64,000 bases of DNA from an uncultured archaeon (lineage in GTDB: Archaea > Thermoproteota > Nitrososphaeria > Nitrososphaerales > Gagatemarchaeaceae). The DNA is taken from assembly GCA_963799775.1 (NCBI GenBank), contig CAWCYD010000003.1:1056001-1120000 (forward strand), read 5' to 3'. Positions 58,887-64,000 of this stretch are shown one piece after another. The position numbers and the translations under genes were made by a program. Each line of letters opens with the position of its first letter. Position 1 is the stretch's first letter. The notes beneath the pieces were generated by a model. The model had not been told where the DNA came from and searched no databases. It worked only from the letters and a program-made list of their open reading frames with translations.

Positions 58887-59574
58887 GGATCGGCATTGTC
58901 GCCATGAAGGCCACTACAGCAATCACAGCCGAGGCACCGCCGTAGAAGTAGACCCAGTTCTTGAAAGGGCTCTCTGAGTAGCGCTGCGAAAGCGGAGGGC
59001 CCGATGTTTGCCACTGTGGGAAGGTCGTCGCGCCCCCGCTGTACTGGGTGGAGAATGACTTGAAGTTCCATGACTCTTCGGATATCAACCATTTTCCGTC
59101 GGAGTGGACGTAGCGGTACTGGGCGTTTACGTTCCCATTGAAGTACCCCAGGTCGGCGTTCTCTCCGCTCAGGAAAATGCTGCCGTTCACCATGGCGACG
59201 TTGGGGCTGCCTGAAGGGAGGCTCGAAAGGCCGCCGCTCGATATCATCATCCTGGTCGTAGACGAGAGGAAAGCGACCAGCAGATTCCGCACGCTGTCAA
59301 TCCCGTTGTAAGACCCCGCGAAAGAAAGCGTGTTGCCAGACCACACGACCGAGGCGTTCTGGGAGTAGTCCGAAATCGCCTCGCCAGGGTTGAGGTTTTC
59401 TAGGTTTTGGAAATGACTCTGGACGATCGACTGGTCGAACGAGCCTGAGGCTGCAGTAGTGGTCGCCGCTGGCTGGCTGATACTTGGAGGCACCAGCTTG
59501 AACAGGGCGAAACCAAAGATGACCAGGACCATCAGACCCACGAGGAGCCAGAAATGAGGACGAGAGGTGTCCAA
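58831..59574 (-). CDS. Surface protein with NTF2/SnoaL-like domain and C-terminal TM, paralogue 2
   Basis: AAGGAG before TTG 59574; GKWLISEESWNF; TTFPQW..YSESPFKNWVYFYGG. Confidence 0.7.
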   Translation of the reverse strand: MDTSRPHFWLLVGLMVLVIFGFALFKLVPPSISQPAATTTAASGSFDQSIVQSHFQNLENLNPGEAISDYSQNASVVWSGNTLSFAGSYNGIDSVRNLLVAFLSSTTRMMISSGGLSSLPSGSPNVAMVNGSIFLSGENADLGYFNGNVNAQYRYVHSDGKWLISEESWNFKSFSTQYSGGATTFPQWQTSGPPLSQRYSESPFKNWVYFYGGASAVIAVVAFMATMPILIWLRRREERLHRFRDAT

Positions 59575-59622
59575 CTCCTTGAAGACGTGGTGTCTGGAGG
59601 CGGCGGTCTTCAATAAGCGTCG

Positions 59623-60978
59623 CTACCTCCACTTCTTCCTGATCGCGAAGGCCATGAACGCTAGGCCAGCCAAGAGAAGGCAGAGGGAGATGAACCCGGA
59701 ACGCGCTCACGAACCCGAGGAACCCCACCATGAACCCGATGGAAATTGCGGCGATGCCGTACCCAGTGTGCTCCATCGCGTGATTGGTTCCCATTATGGC
59801 GGCGCGACTGGATTGGTTGGTCGCTTCGGCAAGGATCATGAGCTGGCTTATTCTGATCATCGCGATAAAGAACCCGTGGGCGAACGATGCTATGATGAAG
59901 ACAGGGAGGGTGGAATAGATGAAGACGGCCCCGATTGACAACGAACTGCCTACCAAACCGGCGACGAGGTACGGCATTCGCCTCGTGCCCCTGTCGAGCC
60001 GATGCCCAAGGGGTATCATCACGCTGACCGTGGTGAGCGCCATTATGGTCGCAAAGTATCCGTAAAGAGCGCCATAGAGCGGCACGGTAGCAGTCAGGGA
60101 ATGCGCGTAGAGCGGCACGAACTGGAAGAAACCTGAGAACCCGATTCCCCCGTCTATCGTCGTGAGCAACGCGACGCTGACGATCGGAGTCTTGAAGGCC
60201 TTGATGTAGTCACTCCAAGAGGCGCTGTGGGCATGCTCCTCCATGCTTATCGGAGCGTCGAGGCCGAGCGGATGTGGTTCCACGTTCACCTCTTCGCTGC
60301 CGTGCATCGGCTTCATCCTGTAGGACGCTCCCTTCACCTCAGGCATGAGAAAGAAAGCGATCACAGCAGACAAGGCCATGAGGTAGAGCGCGTCTTGGAA
60401 GACGGCGATGCTGCTCCCCGTGTTATCGCGCCAATCGCCGTTCCCAGGCCCGGGCCGAACGCAAAGCCGGCGAACTCCACACCATCGACCAAGCCGTATG
60501 CCTTGCCCATCTCCCTGTATTGTTCCGCGAGATCTGCAGAATACGAGAGGGTGCTCGCAGTGTATGTCCCGTGAGCTATGCCGAGCAGGCACAGAGAGAG
60601 AGTCATGGCCGCCAAGAATTCGGGGAGCGCGGTGAACGAGTTCGAGACGATGAGCGAGCCGAGGGCGACCGCCCCCATAGAGGAGCCGATGATCGTCAGC
60701 TTCTGGCGGCCGTACTTGTCGCAGAGATGACCCATCGGGACTGATATCAAACCCGAGGTGACGAGATAGATCCCGGAGATGCCACCCACGAAGGCGTACC
60801 CCACGGTCCCCAGCTGGAAGGTAATCGTCAGCTTGTCTGAGAGGAAGACGAGAACGATGATGAAGGACGAATATTCGGCGACATGGGTAAGAAAGCCTAC
60901 AGCCCCGACTCCCGCGAAGAGCCTGACGAAGTGCGAGACTCCGCTTCGAGGGCGCTTTTGTCTCAGTCTTGTTACCAT
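59623..60978 (-). CDS. MFS transporter (paralogue of 4329..5616), frameshifts at about 60420 and 59700
   Basis: GHLCDKYGRQK, HGTYTASTL, GKAYGLVDGVEFAGFAFGP, MGTNHAMEH. Confidence 0.85.
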
Positions 60979-61254
60979 GGCACTAGCTGGCCTCCTGCCC
61001 TGCTCCGGTGAGGAGCGTGCTCAAGTTAATAGGATTTGGCTGCTATATATGTAATAAAGATTACTTATCTTGAGAAGCTTATGCTGTGACTATTAGTGCC
61101 CACCTGACGCCATATTAACACTGTTGACTGGGCCTTGCGGATGCCAAGCGGTGGTCAGAGGCAGCGGTGAGGTCGGGGTGTGCCTGCGCAACGCCCCTGC
61201 ATACCGATAGCCGACCAGAGAAGTCGGGGGCTGACCATCATACCATGGCGCGTG

Positions 61255-62184
61255 TCAGGGTTCGGGCCCTTCGTGCGTGTACCCTGGCCCGGGTTCAAGA
61301 GGCATGTGCCGCGACCTCCGAGTCATGTCGTGGGGAACCCGATACCTGAGACTTGCGTGTATGGCCCTGACCAGGATGTATAAGCCGAATACTTCCGCAG
61401 TTATGAAGAAACTGACGGGGTACGGGGTGTAGTAGGCGATGAAGAGCCCCGACCAGGTCGCTGCGACCGCTATCGCAACCGAGATGATGATGGCACGCTG
61501 CGGGCGCCTCGCGAGATACACCGAGGTTGCTGCAGGTGTGACCATCAAGGAGAAGATAAGAAGCACGCCAGTGACCTGGACCGAGAAGGACACCGACACC
61601 GCGACGATCAGCATGAACATGGTGCCTAGGAAGAGCATCGGCATGCCCTTTGCTTCAGCGACATCCTCGTCCAACGACGCGAAGAGCAGCGGCCGATACA
61701 GGAACCCCAGCAAGATCAAGATCACTCCGCACCCTTCAAGGCTCAGATAGACGGCGCTCGTGCTTATTCCAAGTATCTCACCGAAGAGAATCGAGTACGC
61801 CTCGGTCGAATAGCCGGAATACAGACTGAGAAACAGGAGTCCGAGACCGAGCGAGAATGCAAGCACTATGCCGATTTGGGTGTCTCGGTTCGTGGCGCGG
61901 CGGCCGAGCGCCGCTATCGCTAGGCCACCCGCAATTGAACCGCTCAGGAGGCCGATGATCGGGGCGACGTTGATTAGGATTGATGCCGCGGCACCCGCGA
62001 ACCCAATTTCCGAGAACGCGTGGGCGGTGAATGCGGATCGACGGAGCACCACAAAATAGCCCGTGACGCCGGCCAGGACCGCGATGATCGTGCCCGCTTC
62101 GAAGGCGTGCTGCATGAACTGGTAGTGCCACATCTGCTCGACGTCGTAGAAGATGTTGGGACTGATGTTGAAACTGCCGCTCAC
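61255..62184 (-). CDS. Zn/Mn ABC transporter permease (ZnuB/MntB-type)
   Basis: FMQHAF, GYFVVLRR..AHAFSE, ILFGEILG, DEDVAEAKG, LMVTPAA. Confidence 0.9.
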   Translation of the reverse strand: MSGSFNISPNIFYDVEQMWHYQFMQHAFEAGTIIAVLAGVTGYFVVLRRSAFTAHAFSEIGFAGAAASILINVAPIIGLLSGSIAGGLAIAALGRRATNRDTQIGIVLAFSLGLGLLFLSLYSGYSTEAYSILFGEILGISTSAVYLSLEGCGVILILLGFLYRPLLFASLDEDVAEAKGMPMLFLGTMFMLIVAVSVSFSVQVTGVLLIFSLMVTPAATSVYLARRPQRAIIISVAIAVAATWSGLFIAYYTPYPVSFFITAEVFGLYILVRAIHASLRYRVPHDMTRRSRHMPLEPGPGYTHEGPEP

Positions 62185-62185
62185 T

Positions 62186-63028
62186 CTAGGCCGCCCCAGG
62201 AGCGCCGTGATGCTCTTCCACGCCGATTATAGCGACGTTGCCGTGGGGGTCGCGAAGAACCTCCACCTGGACGCCGTAGAGCGCGGTAAGGCTCTCGGAT
62301 GTCAGGACCTCTTCAGGCCTCCCCGTGGCGACCTTGCCGTTCGCGATATACATTACCTTGTCGAGGTGAGGCAGAAGAGGGTTGATGTTGTGAGCGATGA
62401 GCAACGCGGTCACCCCCCGGTTCCGGACGATGTCGTTCACCAGGTGAAGGAGCTCCGTCTCACGACGGAGGTCGAGATTAGAGAGCGGCTCATCCAGCAG
62501 GAGGACATCAGGGTTGCTCACAAGGGCTTCAGCAAGAAAGATCCGCTGGAGCTCTCCCCCAGACATGACTCCGAGCGGCTTGTGCGCGAGCTCCGTCGCG
62601 CCGACGGCCTTCAATGCATCGAGCGCAGCGTCTCGGTCCTTATGGTCGATTGGATTGAAACCCCACTTCTTCCCTGACAAGCCCAGCCGGACCAATTCGA
62701 GGGACTCGATGTTGGTCTCGTTGTCGATCGTATGCCTTTGAGGAACGTAGCCTATTCGCGGGCTACCACGGGTAGGATTCCCTCCGAAGAGCTTGAGGCT
62801 GCCGGCCAAGGCGGGCTGTAGCCCCAAAAGCAGGCGAAACAGCGTGGTCTTTCCAGCGCCGTTCGGGCCTATTATGGCCACGAACTCGCCGCGACCGAAC
62901 TCGAAGTTCGCGTTTTGCCAGACGACCTTATCCCTGTAACCGGCCGCAAGGCGCTCAGCCGTGATGAGCCCTATTTGCACTCCCACGGCGAGTGTCTTCG
63001 AGGCCCTATTCATTTGTTTAGCCGCCAA
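62186..63028 (-). CDS. Zn/Mn ABC transporter ATP-binding protein
   Basis: GPNGAGKTT, IGYVPQR, MSGGELQR, LLDEP, EVLTSESLTALY. Confidence 0.9.
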   Translation of the reverse strand: MAAKQMNRASKTLAVGVQIGLITAERLAAGYRDKVVWQNANFEFGRGEFVAIIGPNGAGKTTLFRLLLGLQPALAGSLKLFGGNPTRGSPRIGYVPQRHTIDNETNIESLELVRLGLSGKKWGFNPIDHKDRDAALDALKAVGATELAHKPLGVMSGGELQRIFLAEALVSNPDVLLLDEPLSNLDLRRETELLHLVNDIVRNRGVTALLIAHNINPLLPHLDKVMYIANGKVATGRPEEVLTSESLTALYGVQVEVLRDPHGNVAIIGVEEHHGAPGAA

Positions 63029-64000
63029 GGGCTTGCGAGTTCAGGCAGTTATGCAAGGCAGAAACCTCGCCTTGCATCCATGCCTGGAATGTGAGGCCCG
63101 GAGGCTGTAGCGTCTCCGATACGAAGGTGATAGGAATCTCGTACTGAGTGGCCTCCACCTTCAGCTGTTGGGTGATGGGCGTGAGGGTCTGGACATTGTA
63201 GACCATGCAGGCGATCGTTTGGTTCCCTTGGGTCAGCTGGTTCTCGAACGTCGCGACGTCCTGGGGAGATGGGTCGTTGCCTTCAGCTATGGCCTTCATG
63301 AACGGTTGCGGGGTGATGATGTTCAGACCGGTCGCGTTTGCCAAGAAGATGACTATGCTCTCTGTGGCTTCTATGGTCGTTCCATTCTTGGCCGTGCCAT
63401 CCCCATAGGGAGTACCACCCCACTGTGCCTTGATCTGCTCCTCCTGCGCCATGTAGTCATGATAGAGCGAGTAGTTCAGGCTGGCGTAGTTCGACTGGAA
63501 ATAGGCGTCATCGGTGGGATTGGAATCGATTTTCACGAGCGTTTTGTACATTGCGTGGACGGTATCATTTACGTAGAAGGGGCTGTACCAAAGGTGAGGA
63601 TTTATCGTCGAGGTCACCCCGTTTATCGTCTGCTGCTGGTCGGGCGTCTTGATGCCCACGACTTGTTGGGCGTTTAGTACGATCTGTCCAGAAGTGTTGC
63701 TAGCGTTGATGAGCAGCTGCGCCCACGTGTCGTAATTCATACCATTGATGATGACAAGCTGAGCGTTGGCTATGGCCTTCGCGTCCGCTGGATTGCTTTG
63801 GTACTCGTGGGGATCCGTGTTAGGGTCTGAGACTACGCTGGTGACATTAGCGTGAACACCCGCCAGCTGGCTTACCAAGTCGCCCCAAAAGTTCTCAGCC
63901 GCAACTATGTTGATTACGGTCTTGGAGCCTGTGCTTGCCGAACTAGACCCACTGCCAACGGTTACTGTCGATGTCGCTGTCGACGTCACGGTCGAGCCCC
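63018..64000 (-). CDS. Zn/Mn ABC transporter substrate-binding protein (5' end off the window)
   Basis: VAAENFWG, DPNTDPHEYQ, NPHLWY, VSETL. Confidence 0.9.
   Translation of the reverse strand, partial: GSTVTSTATSTVTVGSGSSSASTGSKTVINIVAAENFWGDLVSQLAGVHANVTSVVSDPNTDPHEYQSNPADAKAIANAQLVIINGMNYDTWAQLLINASNTSGQIVLNAQQVVGIKTPDQQQTINGVTSTINPHLWYSPFYVNDTVHAMYKTLVKIDSNPTDDAYFQSNYASLNYSLYHDYMAQEEQIKAQWGGTPYGDGTAKNGTTIEATESIVIFLANATGLNIITPQPFMKAIAEGNDPSPQDVATFENQLTQGNQTIACMVYNVQTLTPITQQLKVEATQYEIPITFVSETLQPPGLTFQAWMQGEVSALHNCLNSQALGG

Noticed and set aside
61130-61250. GC-rich hairpins between the metal permease and the MFS gene as a possible riboswitch or ncRNA
   Set aside because: I recognised no family motif, and short hairpins are expected at this GC content. 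An Rfam/Infernal search would be needed.
1-64000. tRNA/rRNA genes and an integrase-bounded island
   Set aside because: I recognised no RNA genes, integrase or att-like repeats. The term island here means a functional cluster, not a demonstrated mobile element.

Overview
GC-rich archaeal DNA: it has TATA-box/leaderless starts, DUF371, DUF4443 and DUF929 proteins and class III-like signal peptides. My inference is a non-ammonia-oxidising, heterotrophic Nitrososphaerota-like organism. Bases 1-13.8 kb are mostly housekeeping or accessory genes: a secreted phosphoesterase, a 2-hydroxyacid dehydrogenase, an orphan sufC, an fRMsr-like GAF protein, a solo TnpB, an mvaD-like GHMP enzyme, an SDR, a HEAT-repeat protein and a TSUP transporter. 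From about 13.9 to 61 kb lies a cell-surface redox/metal island. It holds six membrane-anchored PQQ-type beta-propeller proteins, four of which carry an unusual HxH motif where PQQ dehydrogenases have CC..NRG. It also holds a PqqC homologue whose catalytic residues are substituted (coupled to an ArsR-V4R regulator), a tiny ORF with a PqqA-like ExxxY core and three paralogues of an unassigned oxidase-helix-like membrane protein. The rest of the island is three NHL propellers, two NosFY-like ABC-2 pairs, a Tat multicopper oxidase, a degenerate cupredoxin, a ZIP transporter, a sugar ABC system, DxDGDGV-tailed pilin-like peptides, a SET-domain protein and a complete IS5-family element (17-bp TIRs, 8-bp TSD). 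A Zn/Mn ABC importer closes the window. About 20 single-base frameshifts split otherwise intact genes, most likely as long-read consensus errors. All family calls come from motif recognition by eye; no searches were run.
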